Part shown: positions 47,993-58,064 of the stretch, in pieces | Position numbering within the stretch: position 1 is the first letter of the stretch | Layout of the letters: every line of letters begins with the position of its first letter | Source: an uncultured Bacilli bacterium | GTDB lineage: Bacteria > Bacillota_I > Bacilli_A > RF39 > UBA660 | Length of the DNA: 63,753 nucleotides | Reading direction: 5' to 3' | Assembly: GCA_947629255.1 (NCBI GenBank) | Contig: CANRDF010000003.1 | Span: 1-63,753 of the forward strand | The notes under the pieces: generated by a model | What the model saw: the letters and a program-made list of their open reading frames with translations, nothing else | The model's database searches: none | What the model was told of the DNA's origin: nothing | Program-made: the position numbers and the translations under genes

Positions 47993-48686
47993 GAATGATT
48001 TTTATGAAAAAGTAGCTGATTTAAAAATTGAACTCACAGAAGAAATGAAGATGAAATTAGAAAAATATGCTGATTTTTTATTAGAATATAATATGCATAC
48101 CAACCTAACCGCCATCAAAACGAAAGAAGAAGTCTATTTAAAACATTTTTATGACTCCATGACATTAACAAAAATAGCCAATTTAACAGAAGGAACACTT
48201 TTAGATATTGGAACAGGTGCCGGATTCCCAGGATTAGTACTTGCTATCATTTATCCGAATTTACAAGTTAGCTTATTAGATTCTAACAATAAAAAGATTA
48301 AATTTTTAGAAGAAACAGTCACATTATTAAACTTAAAAAATGTAAAAATCATTTATAGTCGAGCCGAAGATTATACTCAAAAGAATAGAGAACAATATGA
48401 CTATGTTACTTCGAGAGCTGTTGCTGAATTAAGAATTTTATTAGAGTTAAATATACCTGCATTAAAAGTAAATGGTTCCTTTTTAGTCATGAAAGGAAAT
48501 GCCGAGAAAGAAATAAAATCATCTGAAAATGCTTTAGAAAAATTAAATGTAAAAATTGAAAATCAAGAAGAATTTGAACTTCCATTAAATGGGGGACATC
48601 GAACATTATTAAAAATAAAGAAATTAAAAGAAACAAATTTAATATATCCTAGAAGTTACGATAAAATTAAAAAGAAACCGTTATAA
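47985..48686 (+). CDS. rsmG: 16S rRNA (guanine527-N7)-methyltransferase RsmG
   Basis: 'HFYDS', 'LLDIGTGAGFPGL' and 'SRAVA'. Confidence 0.93.
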   Translation: MNKNDFYEKVADLKIELTEEMKMKLEKYADFLLEYNMHTNLTAIKTKEEVYLKHFYDSMTLTKIANLTEGTLLDIGTGAGFPGLVLAIIYPNLQVSLLDSNNKKIKFLEETVTLLNLKNVKIIYSRAEDYTQKNREQYDYVTSRAVAELRILLELNIPALKVNGSFLVMKGNAEKEIKSSENALEKLNVKIENQEEFELPLNGGHRTLLKIKKLKETNLIYPRSYDKIKKKPL

Positions 48687-48908
48687 AGTTTCTTTTTTGA
48701 TAAAAATAAAGAAAAACAACACGTAAACCAAACGTGTCATTTTTCTATTTGACTTCTAAAAAGTCATGTAGATAACCATCTTATCTACATAAATAGTATG
48801 AATAAATTTAAAAAAATTATACATCAAAATATTCTTTTCCAATTTTCGACAAAGTCTCGTATAAATCGATAAATATTATGCATACTAAAATTAGAAAGGA
48901 GAAAACTT

Positions 48909-49085
48909 ATGTTAAAAGACAAAACTGCACTATTTATTTTGTTATTATTACTTATTGGGTTTCTTCCTTTAATAGGAGTACATGCCGCTTCAAGAATTAT
49001 TAACGGTGAGGATAATTTACAAGATATAAGTATAACAGAAAAGATTGTAGAAAGTAATAATGAAACACAAAAAAAAATAGTTTAG
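48909..49085 (+). CDS. small secreted peptide candidate (58 aa, not in the ORF track)
   Basis: It has an AAAGGAG RBS 8 nt upstream. 'MLKDKTALFILLLLLIGFLPLIGVHAAS' looks like a signal peptide with an AxA-type cleavage site, followed by a hydrophilic 30-aa tail. Confidence 0.4.
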   Translation: MLKDKTALFILLLLLIGFLPLIGVHAASRIINGEDNLQDISITEKIVESNNETQKKIV

Positions 49086-49297
49086 GTATATCTTGGAATG
49101 ATTGATGGTATTAAGCATAGAAAGTCTAGGGAACTTTAATAAGTTTCTTTTTTTTATAAGCTTTGTAAATATAATAAGTTTAAAATTTTAAAATTTTCTT
49201 AAATTAGATTAAAAAATTTTCACATTCAGTGTTGCTATTCCCACAAAAAATTGATACAATTAATAATAGAAAATAAGCAGTAAGGGGCTGATTTTTT

Positions 49298-50575
49298 GTG
49301 AATACAGAGGATAAAATTGTACAAATCGGAATAGAGGATATCATTCCCAATCGTTTTCAACCAAGACTTGCCTTTGACGAAGAAGGTTTAAAAGAACTAT
49401 CAGAATCTATTCGTCAACATGGAATTATCCAACCACTTGTAGTAAGAAGATTAGGAAGTAAGTTTGAAATCATTGCTGGAGAACGTCGTTTTAAGGCGGC
49501 AACTATGGCAGGATTAAAAACAGTCCCCGCAATTATTTCAAATATAGATGACAATCAAAGTGCAGAGATAGCTTTAGTAGAAAACATCCAAAGAAGAAAC
49601 TTAACACCAATTGAAGAAGCAAAATCATATAAAAATCTTTTGGACCGCGGCTATATGACTCAAGAACAACTCGCTGAAAAAATGGGAGTAAGTCAAAGTT
49701 CTATTGCTAATAAATTAAGATTATTAAATCTTGCTCCAGAAGTGCAAGATGCCTTGCTTCAAGAAAAAATTAGTGAACGTCATGCAAGAAGCTTGCTCAG
49801 TTTGCCAAAAGAAGAACAAGGAGAATGGCTACATAAAATCTTAAATAAACGACTTACTGTAAGACAATTAGATTTAGAAATTAAAAAAGCGAAAGGAGAC
49901 GTGGGAGGAGATATTCCATTAGTATCTCCATCACCAGATATAAATACTATGATAAATAACGCGACAGATATTCATACAATTAATGAGAAAAAAGATATGT
50001 CTGGCATCATCGAGCCACCAAAACAAGAAGATCCTCAAGAAGAAGTTCCCGAAGAACGAAAAGGAATTCCAAATAAATTCTTTAATTTTCTTGAAGATGA
50101 AGCAGCATCAATGAACATGGATAGTGCATTTGCAAATCCAGAAGAGCCACCAATAGAACCTCAAAATACGATTGAAGTTTTAGATGATATTGAACTTGTA
50201 ACACCTGAGATTATGCCTACTAAAGAAGAAATCCCTGCACAGCCTACCGAGAGTACCACTCCTCCGAATGAAGAGGATGATGTCATCATGCCATTCTTCT
50301 TTGAAGAAAACGAAACACCTGCCGAAAACAATGTCATCGAAGAAAAGAAAGATGAAAAAGATGCAGTTGTAGACCCAATGGCCTCTGTGATTAAATTAGA
50401 TCCTAACTATACTCAAATGGTAGAAGAAGAAGCGGGGTTAGACTTAAAAACAGCAATCAATGAAATCCGTGATGTCGTTGAAAATCTAAAACAAAAAGGT
50501 TTTGATATTTCCGTAGATGAAATAGATTTATCTGGAAATTACCAAATGACAATTAATATAAAAGAAAATGATTAG
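49298..50575 (+). CDS. noc: ParB-family protein, Noc-like (nucleoid occlusion type) with a long inserted acidic/proline-rich linker
   Basis: 'PNRFQPR', 'GIIQPLVV', 'GERRFKAA', an HTH 'SQSSIANKLRLL' and 'ISERHARSL' (compare B. subtilis Noc 'GQSTIANKLRLL', 'ITERHARAL'). It sits in the rsmG-adjacent noc position and uses a GTG start. It is 425 aa. Confidence 0.75.
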   Translation: MNTEDKIVQIGIEDIIPNRFQPRLAFDEEGLKELSESIRQHGIIQPLVVRRLGSKFEIIAGERRFKAATMAGLKTVPAIISNIDDNQSAEIALVENIQRRNLTPIEEAKSYKNLLDRGYMTQEQLAEKMGVSQSSIANKLRLLNLAPEVQDALLQEKISERHARSLLSLPKEEQGEWLHKILNKRLTVRQLDLEIKKAKGDVGGDIPLVSPSPDINTMINNATDIHTINEKKDMSGIIEPPKQEDPQEEVPEERKGIPNKFFNFLEDEAASMNMDSAFANPEEPPIEPQNTIEVLDDIELVTPEIMPTKEEIPAQPTESTTPPNEEDDVIMPFFFEENETPAENNVIEEKKDEKDAVVDPMASVIKLDPNYTQMVEEEAGLDLKTAINEIRDVVENLKQKGFDISVDEIDLSGNYQMTINIKEND

Positions 50576-50584
50576 AACAAAACT

Positions 50585-52525
50585 CTAGTCATTTTTTTCA
50601 TCTTTAGAATAGACTTGAACTTCACTTCCTCTTACATAGTAAAACATCGTATTATTTTTACTAGCCGTATTTTGTACACCTGTAATCCCATCACGAATAA
50701 GCCCTACCACATTTTGAGGTTTCTCATACCAAACAGGTTCCACATCCTGAAGATATTTTTCCATGGTATCTAACCATATATTTTTAGAATAATAACTCGC
50801 ACTTCCATCAATATCTTTTGCATCGTCATTTCCAATCCAAACAAGCATTAAAACATTCGGGTTATATCCAACACTCCAAGAATCAGTATCTGTAGTTCCT
50901 GTTTTCAAAGCATACTTACGGCTCATCTTTGAAGCAATCGACAAAGCAGTAGGTGTGGTGTAATCTGAAAAAGCTGAATTCGTCGTATTAGTCATCATTT
51001 CATTTAAAATAAATACATCATTACTATTTAAAACATAATTATGTTTTTGCTTATGCTCATATAAAACATGTCCTTCCATATCTTCCACTTTTTCTATAAA
51101 ATAAATTTCTTTCTCATCTCCACCACTAGCTAAAGTCGTATATCCATGAGCAAAATCAAGCATATTAAGTTCACTCGTCCCAAGAGCAAGTGAAGGATTT
51201 CCAACCAGGTCTTCCTCGATACCTGTGAGGTGAGCTGTATCAACCAAAACATCCGTACCCAAAAACAAATGCGTTTTCACAGCATAGATATTATCCGAAA
51301 AAGCAATTGCCGCGGCCATTGTAATTTCTTTATTAGCATAAATTTGATTATAATTACTTGGCGAATAAACAGCCTGATTAGCAAAATGAAAAGTCGTTTT
51401 TTCACTCTTAAACAAAGAAGAAGAAGTAAGCCCGTTTTCCAAAGCAGCATAATAAAGAAAAGGTTTCATTGTACTACCCACTTGTCTTTTCGACATTGTC
51501 GCCCGGTTAAACTGACTCTTAGCATAATTAAGTCCTCCCGTTAAAGCAATCACGCCTCCTGTACTTGGGTCAACCATCACACTGGCAACCTGTAATTCTT
51601 CTTGATTTCCAATATAATTCAAAATAGATTCTTCCATATTTGCTTGAGCCTGACTATCAAAAGTTGTATAAATTTTAAGTCCTCCAGAAGAAATTAAATC
51701 CTTAGGCACTTCCTTAATATGACTTAATTCATCTAAAACAGCATCTTGATAATACAATATCATCTGTGAATTATTTTGAGTCCGTTTCCCGTAAATCGGT
51801 ATCTCATTCTGAAACAAACCATCATAAACTTCTTCTGTGATATAACCATTATTCACCATCGTCTCAGCAACAATCTTTGCTCTTTCGATACAAGCTTCAT
51901 AGTCACTTACTGGATTATAATTACTAGGGTTTTTAGGAATACCAGCCAGCATAATCGCTTCTTCTAAAGTCAAATCTTTACTACTCTTATTAAAATAATA
52001 CTTACTTGCATCTTCAATTCCATAATTTCCTTCGCCAAAATTAATCGTATTCAAATATCCTTCTAAAATTGCATTCTTACTATAATGAACTTCTAATTCT
52101 ACTGTTAAAAAAGCTTCTTTAATTTTTCTTTCCCAAGTTTGGTCAAACGTTAAAAACATATTTTTCACATACTGCTGACTAATCGTCGATGCTCCGTATC
52201 TTGTGTGATCTGTCATATTTTGATAAAGAGCCTTAGCAATTCTTAAATAATCAAAGCCCTTATGTCGATAGAAATTCTTATCTTCAACAGAAATAATCGC
52301 ATTTTTAAAATCATCAGAAATATCATCCAAAGAAATCCATTCACTAGAACCAGACCCTTGATAAATTAAATTGTCTTCATTATCATATATAAATACTTTT
52401 CCCATATCCTTAAGCTCTAACTTAGGAGAGAAAAAAGCAAAAATATAAATCCCTGTCAAAACAACAAAACCAGATAAACAAAGAAAAATACTAAAACGTA
52501 AGACAAATTTAAGTTTTTTCATCAT
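50585..52525 (-). CDS. class A penicillin-binding protein (glycosyltransferase + transpeptidase)
   Basis: GT51 motifs 'EDKNFYRHKGFD', 'GASTISQQ' and 'RKIKEA', plus transpeptidase motifs 'STMKP' (SxxK) and 'KTGTT'. Confidence 0.9.
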   Translation of the reverse strand: MMKKLKFVLRFSIFLCLSGFVVLTGIYIFAFFSPKLELKDMGKVFIYDNEDNLIYQGSGSSEWISLDDISDDFKNAIISVEDKNFYRHKGFDYLRIAKALYQNMTDHTRYGASTISQQYVKNMFLTFDQTWERKIKEAFLTVELEVHYSKNAILEGYLNTINFGEGNYGIEDASKYYFNKSSKDLTLEEAIMLAGIPKNPSNYNPVSDYEACIERAKIVAETMVNNGYITEEVYDGLFQNEIPIYGKRTQNNSQMILYYQDAVLDELSHIKEVPKDLISSGGLKIYTTFDSQAQANMEESILNYIGNQEELQVASVMVDPSTGGVIALTGGLNYAKSQFNRATMSKRQVGSTMKPFLYYAALENGLTSSSLFKSEKTTFHFANQAVYSPSNYNQIYANKEITMAAAIAFSDNIYAVKTHLFLGTDVLVDTAHLTGIEEDLVGNPSLALGTSELNMLDFAHGYTTLASGGDEKEIYFIEKVEDMEGHVLYEHKQKHNYVLNSNDVFILNEMMTNTTNSAFSDYTTPTALSIASKMSRKYALKTGTTDTDSWSVGYNPNVLMLVWIGNDDAKDIDGSASYYSKNIWLDTMEKYLQDVEPVWYEKPQNVVGLIRDGITGVQNTASKNNTMFYYVRGSEVQVYSKDEKND

Positions 52526-52605
52526 GCGTCACCTAAATCTATTATGAAAAAAAATTGCAAAAATATAAGTAGAAATGTATAATAAAGCTATTAAGGAAGT
52601 GAATT

Positions 52606-53097
52606 ATGAATCATTTACGATATTTAGAAAAAGAAAAAGAAGAAGTAGAAAATATAATTCATGAGTTAAAAATTCAAAAAGGACTTCAAAAAAGAAGTAA
52701 CCTTCCTATTGAAATTGTAATCGGTGGACTCTTATTAATAATGCTAGGTGGAGCTTATGCTGTTTTCGGTTTCACCATTCTCAGCTTATATTTGGGAGCA
52801 AGAGGAATAAACCATATTAAAATCAAAAAAATAGAAAAAGAAATAGATGGATATCGATATGTCAAAATTGGTATCAATAAAGAAATAAAAAAAGAGTTAG
52901 AACAAGAGAACTCAAAATCTCGTTGCAATCCTTTAAAAATCGAAGAAAAATTAGATTTATATTATGACTGTGGAACAAACATAAAACTTTTAAATCAAAA
53001 GAAATTTTTATATGAATTAAAAGAAAAATATTTTTCTATAAATCCAGAAGAAATTGAAGAATGTGTTTACACTTTAGTAAGGAAAAAAGAAAAGTGA
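52606..53097 (+). CDS. hypothetical membrane protein (163 aa)
   Basis: It has two predicted TM helices ('IVIGGLLLIMLGGAYAVFGFTILSLYLG'). I recognise no family. Confidence 0.45.
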   Translation: MNHLRYLEKEKEEVENIIHELKIQKGLQKRSNLPIEIVIGGLLLIMLGGAYAVFGFTILSLYLGARGINHIKIKKIEKEIDGYRYVKIGINKEIKKELEQENSKSRCNPLKIEEKLDLYYDCGTNIKLLNQKKFLYELKEKYFSINPEEIEECVYTLVRKKEK

Positions 53098-53123
53098 TTT
53101 TCACGTCAAGAAAAAACTACCGA

Positions 53124-53969
53124 TTAATCCTCAGTAGTTTCATCTTTTAATGCTTCAATATCTTCTATGGATAAATTAGTCATTTCAGAAATATCAGAGA
53201 TGTCATATCCTTTTTTAAGCATCTTTTTTGCCACTTCTTTTTTACCATCTTCATAACGCTCTTCCCCAATTTGTCTTTGTAAGTCTTCTTTATCGTAGTA
53301 AAGCATTAAATCGAGGTCACTTACAAGTTGGTTGGCTTCTTCCCTTATACTACCCATCATTTTGTCTCCTTCATATAATTCATCAAGTTGTTCCTCATCT
53401 GAACATACGAATAAATAAAGTAATTTCTCTAATTCATTCGCATTTCTGATATTATTATAACCCAAATTTCTCAAATAGTCTAGATTAATATCAATGACAT
53501 ATAAATCTAGATGTCGAGGGTCATTGCTCTCTCTTTCTTTTAATTCACTAAAGTAAAGAAAACGATCCTTACCAAAATAATCAAAATCATCTAAGTTCAC
53601 TTGATAAACTGGTTTTAAATTCTTATACTCTTTGCTACTTTTAAGTTGTCTTAAATAAAGAATAATTGTATAAGAACCGTTTTTAACATCTAAAGTATCA
53701 GATTTTCCTTGGTTAATTTCGAAAGAAACAAAGTATTCATCCGATTCAAAAGCAATATCAAGTTCACTATCTACCGTATTAGCATTAACACCAGCATTTG
53801 GATGAATTAACCGAAAACCTTTTTTTAATTTTTCATAAGGAATTCCAGTTGCTAAAGAAACAATTTTTAATAAGTATTCTTGAGAAGCCTCAGAACCACT
53901 TGAAAATATTTTTTTAACAACTTTGTCACTTATAAGCTTATGTTTTTTTTCTTGAGTCGCCGTTGCCAT
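53124..53969 (-). CDS. Rpn-family (YhgA-like, PD-(D/E)XK) nuclease / putative transposase
   Basis: 'SDKVVKKIF', the 'SELDIAFES..FVSFEINQ' core and the C-terminal 'KGYDISDISEMTNLSIEDIEALK' tail. I trimmed the start to MATATQ, which has a GGAGGA RBS. Confidence 0.65.
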   Translation of the reverse strand: MATATQEKKHKLISDKVVKKIFSSGSEASQEYLLKIVSLATGIPYEKLKKGFRLIHPNAGVNANTVDSELDIAFESDEYFVSFEINQGKSDTLDVKNGSYTIILYLRQLKSSKEYKNLKPVYQVNLDDFDYFGKDRFLYFSELKERESNDPRHLDLYVIDINLDYLRNLGYNNIRNANELEKLLYLFVCSDEEQLDELYEGDKMMGSIREEANQLVSDLDLMLYYDKEDLQRQIGEERYEDGKKEVAKKMLKKGYDISDISEMTNLSIEDIEALKDETTED

Positions 53970-54034
53970 GTTATCCTCCATTTCTAAATCTTGCATTTTT
54001 AGCAAGATTAGTTCGTTATTATACACGGAAGGGT

Positions 54035-54051
54035 GTGCGAAACTTGTCGAA
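54035..54051 (+). promoter_or_regulatory. Spo0A-box pair (GTGCGAA-N3-TGTCGAA) upstream of the second Rpn-like gene
   Basis: It reads GTGCGAAACTTGTCGAA. One box is perfect and the other is a 4/7 box in the 10-bp register. It lies 66-82 nt upstream of the start at 53969. Confidence 0.4.
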
Positions 54052-54154
54052 CGGTGTCATACATGTATCATATACAACCACAAAGTTATCAAAAGTGCAT
54101 CTTGCATTTTTTGTGTTCTTTCTCTATAATGTTTCTATTAAGTGAGGTCTTACC

Positions 54155-54490
54155 ATGAATTTAATGAATATAAAACTCTATAAAGGGGAATCCTTAGTAT
54201 TGGAAAAACCAAATATAAAATATAAATTAGACGATACAGAACTCTCTTTTCATATAGATGATATGGAACATTTTCTGAACTTTGAAACTCAAGAATTCAC
54301 AAGAGAAAATGACGAATACCGTTTTTATTTAAACATCGCCAAAGAAATATGTGAAATAACTTTAAAAAATGAAGGTTACCACTTGCAACTTCTAGTAGAG
54401 TATGCTAATCTATTGAAGAATAAAAATTATTGTGAGCTCACGTATCGAATCGAAACCGATGATGAAACAATAAAATTGGTGATAAGCTAG
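54155..54490 (+). CDS. DUF1934 (YwiB-like) protein
   Basis: It is a small protein immediately upstream of argS, the conserved position of ywiB-like genes. The sequence call is weak. Confidence 0.5.
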   Translation: MNLMNIKLYKGESLVLEKPNIKYKLDDTELSFHIDDMEHFLNFETQEFTRENDEYRFYLNIAKEICEITLKNEGYHLQLLVEYANLLKNKNYCELTYRIETDDETIKLVIS

Positions 54491-54503
54491 AAAGGAAGGG
54501 CAT

Positions 54504-56204
54504 ATGATTACAAATAAAATAGAAACTTTTCTCAAAGAAGCACTACAAGATTTAGAATACGAAGCAGACTCAGTAGAAGTCATTGTATCCAATCGAAGTG
54601 ACATTAGTGATTATCAATATGATGGTTCTTTTAAACTTGCTAAAGTGTTACACAAAAGTCCTATTGAAATTGGTACGACGATTGTTGAGAAGTTGAAAGA
54701 AAAAGAAGACATAGAAAAATATTTTCAAAAAATTGAAGTCTTGCCACCCGGATTTATTAATTTTACACTAAGTAATGAATGGATCAATGAAACAATTAAT
54801 GAAATGGCGAAAAGTGAAAAATTTAATATTTCCCTTCCTAAAAAAGAAACCATTGTGATTGACTATGGAGGCCCCAATATTGCCAAACCACTTCACGTAG
54901 GACACCTAAGAAGCGCGATTGTGGGAGAATCCATCAAAAGAATGTTAAAATACATGGGTCACGATGTCATCTCTGATGTTCACTTAGGAGACTATGGTTT
55001 ACAAATAGGCGAGGTCATTTATGGAATTCAAGAAAAAAGAATTTCTCTAGAAGATATCACCTTAGAAGATTTAGAAAAAATTTATCCAGAAATAAGTGGA
55101 CGTTGTAAAGAAGATGAAGAATTAAAAGAAAAATGTGCATCCATCACCAAAGACTTACAAGATGGAAGCGAAGAATACCAACCATATTTTGAAAGAATAA
55201 AAGAGATTTCAGGGCAGGACATCTTAAGAATATATAAATACTTAGATGTATCATTCGATTTATGGCAAGGGGAGTCAGATGCCTATCCTTATATAGAACC
55301 ACTTACCAAAGAACTGGAAAGTATGAATCTTTTAACTGAAAGCGAAGGAGCCAAAGTTGTTTTTGTAAATAAAGAGTCTGATGCTAAAGAATTGCCACCA
55401 ATGATGTATCAAAAGAAAAATGGTGCTTACCTTTATGGAACAACCGACCTAGCAACGATTTATGAAAGAAGACAAAAATATCATCCAGACGACATCATAT
55501 ACTTAGCAGATTTCAGACAAAGTCTTCATTTTGAAACCGTCTTCCGTGTTTGTGAGAAACTAGGGTATACCAAAGACATGAAACTTGAGCATCTTGCCTT
55601 TGGAACCGTGAATGGAACCGATGGAAAGCCTTTTAAAACAAGAGCCGGGAATTCTCCAAAGCTAGATTCCTTATTTAAAGAGGTCAAAGAGTCATTCCTA
55701 AAATCAAATGAAAAAAATGAAAATATGACGGAGCAAGACCTAGACATCATTGTCAATGCCATTATTAAATTTGCCGATTTACAAAACAATCGTGAAAAAG
55801 ATTATATCTTTGATATCAATAAATTCTCTAGTGTTGTAGGAAAAACAGGACCTTATATTCTCTATACCTATTTAAGAATTGCAAGTATTTTAAAAAAAGA
55901 ACAATATACTATTGACGAGTTAAACAAAGAGATATATGATAGTACCGACCGTGAGGTAAGAAGAAAACTAATTGAACTCTCAAGTACCTTAAACCATGCG
56001 GTAGAATTAAGAATGCCATCTATTCTAGCAAACTATTTATATGAACTCTGTGTAAATATAAATGCATTTTATGAAAAAAATCATATAAATAATTTAGAAG
56101 ATAGGAATAAGAAAGAAAATTGGTTATTCTTATTAGATTTAGGAAATAGAATCCTAAAAGAAATGTTAGATTTATTAGGTATCAAAATACCAGAAAGGAT
56201 GTAA
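54504..56204 (+). CDS. argS: arginine--tRNA ligase
   Basis: 'PNIAKPLHVGHLRS' (HIGH region) and an anticodon-binding C-terminus ending '..PERM'. Confidence 0.95.
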   Translation: MITNKIETFLKEALQDLEYEADSVEVIVSNRSDISDYQYDGSFKLAKVLHKSPIEIGTTIVEKLKEKEDIEKYFQKIEVLPPGFINFTLSNEWINETINEMAKSEKFNISLPKKETIVIDYGGPNIAKPLHVGHLRSAIVGESIKRMLKYMGHDVISDVHLGDYGLQIGEVIYGIQEKRISLEDITLEDLEKIYPEISGRCKEDEELKEKCASITKDLQDGSEEYQPYFERIKEISGQDILRIYKYLDVSFDLWQGESDAYPYIEPLTKELESMNLLTESEGAKVVFVNKESDAKELPPMMYQKKNGAYLYGTTDLATIYERRQKYHPDDIIYLADFRQSLHFETVFRVCEKLGYTKDMKLEHLAFGTVNGTDGKPFKTRAGNSPKLDSLFKEVKESFLKSNEKNENMTEQDLDIIVNAIIKFADLQNNREKDYIFDINKFSSVVGKTGPYILYTYLRIASILKKEQYTIDELNKEIYDSTDREVRRKLIELSSTLNHAVELRMPSILANYLYELCVNINAFYEKNHINNLEDRNKKENWLFLLDLGNRILKEMLDLLGIKIPERM

Positions 56205-56207
56205 AAA

Positions 56208-56639
56208 ATGAAAAAGTTAAAAGAATATACAAAAGAAGAATTAGAAGTAATGGGATATGATGACATAGCCTACATTATTCTAGAAGAATCAAAAAAGAAA
56301 ATGAAAATTAATGATTTATTCAAAAAAGTATGTAATGCCTTAGGCTTATCAGAGGAAGATTTTGTAAATCAAATTGCCGATTTTTTTGAAATCCTAACAA
56401 CAGATAAAAAGTTTATCTTATTAGAAAATGGTTACTGGGACTTACGTACTCGCCACAGTGAGAAATTAGTCATTGAAGATGAAGAAGAAGAGTACGAAGA
56501 AGAGGAAACCGAAGAAGAAACGGAAGAAAAAGACGAGACAGAAGACGATACATACTATGACGAAGATGATGTAGATGATGACACCGATGACGATTTAAAA
56601 GACTTAGTCATAATTGATGAAGAGGATGACGGTTTATAG
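56208..56639 (+). CDS. rpoE: DNA-directed RNA polymerase delta subunit
   Basis: An N-terminal HARE-HTH-like domain ('EELEVMGYDDIAYIILEE') is followed by a long Asp/Glu-rich C-terminal tail. Confidence 0.88.
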   Translation: MKKLKEYTKEELEVMGYDDIAYIILEESKKKMKINDLFKKVCNALGLSEEDFVNQIADFFEILTTDKKFILLENGYWDLRTRHSEKLVIEDEEEEYEEEETEEETEEKDETEDDTYYDEDDVDDDTDDDLKDLVIIDEEDDGL

Positions 56640-56678
56640 CAAAAACTTTCTAAAAGAAAAAAAGAAAGGAAATTTGTT

Positions 56679-57734
56679 ATGAAAGAAAAATTAGAAACGA
56701 TTAAAGCCCGTTATGAAGAATTAGGAAATCTCCTTATGAGTCCCGAACTCATGAACGACTTTAATAAATTAAAAGAATTGTCAAAAGAACAAAGTGATTT
56801 GAAAGAAATTGTTGACAAATACAACGAATTACTTGTATGTGAGAAAAATTTGAGTGAAGCAAAAACTCTAATAAACGACCCAGAAATGCGAGAAATGGCT
56901 GAACTAGAAGTTGAAGAAAATACAAATAAAATAGAACAAATCAATCACGAATTAGAAATTTTATTAATTCCAAAAGATGAAAATGATGGCAAAAACGTTA
57001 TCATGGAAATCAGAGGAGCAGCCGGCGGAGATGAAGCAAACATATTTGCAGGAGACCTTTTAAGAATGTATACTTACTATGCTGAAAAACAAGGTTGGAA
57101 AATCGAAATCAATCATCAAATTGAAGGGGCAAGTGGTGGATTTGCTCAAGTAGAATGTACGATTAAAGGCGATAACGTATATAGTAAATTAAAATACGAA
57201 AGTGGAGCTCATCGAGTTCAAAGAGTTCCTGTGACTGAAACTCAAGGAAGAGTACATACTTCAACCGCGACTGTAGTTGTCATGCCAGAAAGAGACGATA
57301 TTGACATTGAAATTAAAGAAAGTGATTTAAAAATCGATGTCTATCATTCTAGTGGAGCAGGAGGACAATCAGTTAACACTTCAAACTCAGCTGTCAGAAT
57401 TACTCACTTACCAACCAATACTGTAGTAACATGTCAAAATGAAAGAAGTCAGTTAAAGAATAAAGAAAGAGCAATGCAGTGGTTAAAAATCAAACTTTAC
57501 GACCAACAAGAACAAGAACAAGAGCAAAAATTTGGTCGTGAACGTAAAAGCAAAGTAGGAACTGGAGACCGTTCAGAAAAAATAAGAACCTATAACTATC
57601 CTCAAAATAGAGTAACAGACCATCGTATAGGATTCTCACTTATGAGTTTAGATAGAGTCATGGAAGGTGACTTAGACCCAATCATTGAAGCGTTAACGAC
57701 TGAAGACTTAAAACGAAAATTAGCAGGCGAATAA
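56679..57734 (+). CDS. prfA: peptide chain release factor 1
   Basis: The 'PVTETQGR' (PxT-type) recognition loop and the 'SGAGGQSVN' GGQ motif. Confidence 0.96.
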   Translation: MKEKLETIKARYEELGNLLMSPELMNDFNKLKELSKEQSDLKEIVDKYNELLVCEKNLSEAKTLINDPEMREMAELEVEENTNKIEQINHELEILLIPKDENDGKNVIMEIRGAAGGDEANIFAGDLLRMYTYYAEKQGWKIEINHQIEGASGGFAQVECTIKGDNVYSKLKYESGAHRVQRVPVTETQGRVHTSTATVVVMPERDDIDIEIKESDLKIDVYHSSGAGGQSVNTSNSAVRITHLPTNTVVTCQNERSQLKNKERAMQWLKIKLYDQQEQEQEQKFGRERKSKVGTGDRSEKIRTYNYPQNRVTDHRIGFSLMSLDRVMEGDLDPIIEALTTEDLKRKLAGE

Positions 57735-57747
57735 ACCTGCTTTTCTT

Positions 57748-57984
57748 TTACTTTAAATTTGATGAAGAATTTTTTTCTTTCTCTATAATAATTTTTAAAC
57801 CACATTTTTTAGCAACATTCAGTAAAGTTTCAAATGTATAATTCGCTGTGCCATATTCATATTTTTCAATTGAACTTTTACTAACCCCAATTAAATGAGC
57901 AAGTTCTTCTTGAGTTAAATTTAAACTTTGTCTTAAAAATTTAAAAGCTTCATTAGATTTGTAATCATTAGCAATAATTTTCAT
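57748..57984 (-). CDS. XRE-family helix-turn-helix regulator (paralogue of 41656..41892)
   Basis: 'MKIIANDYKSNE..LTQEELAHLIGVSKSSIEKYEYG'. It is divergent from 58065..59960. Confidence 0.8.
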   Translation of the reverse strand: MKIIANDYKSNEAFKFLRQSLNLTQEELAHLIGVSKSSIEKYEYGTANYTFETLLNVAKKCGLKIIIEKEKNSSSNLK

Positions 57985-58064
57985 ATTCTCACCATTGACA
58001 TCGTAACATTTTATGACTATAATTAAATTATAACTCGTAAGATATTACGATTAAGGAGAATAGT

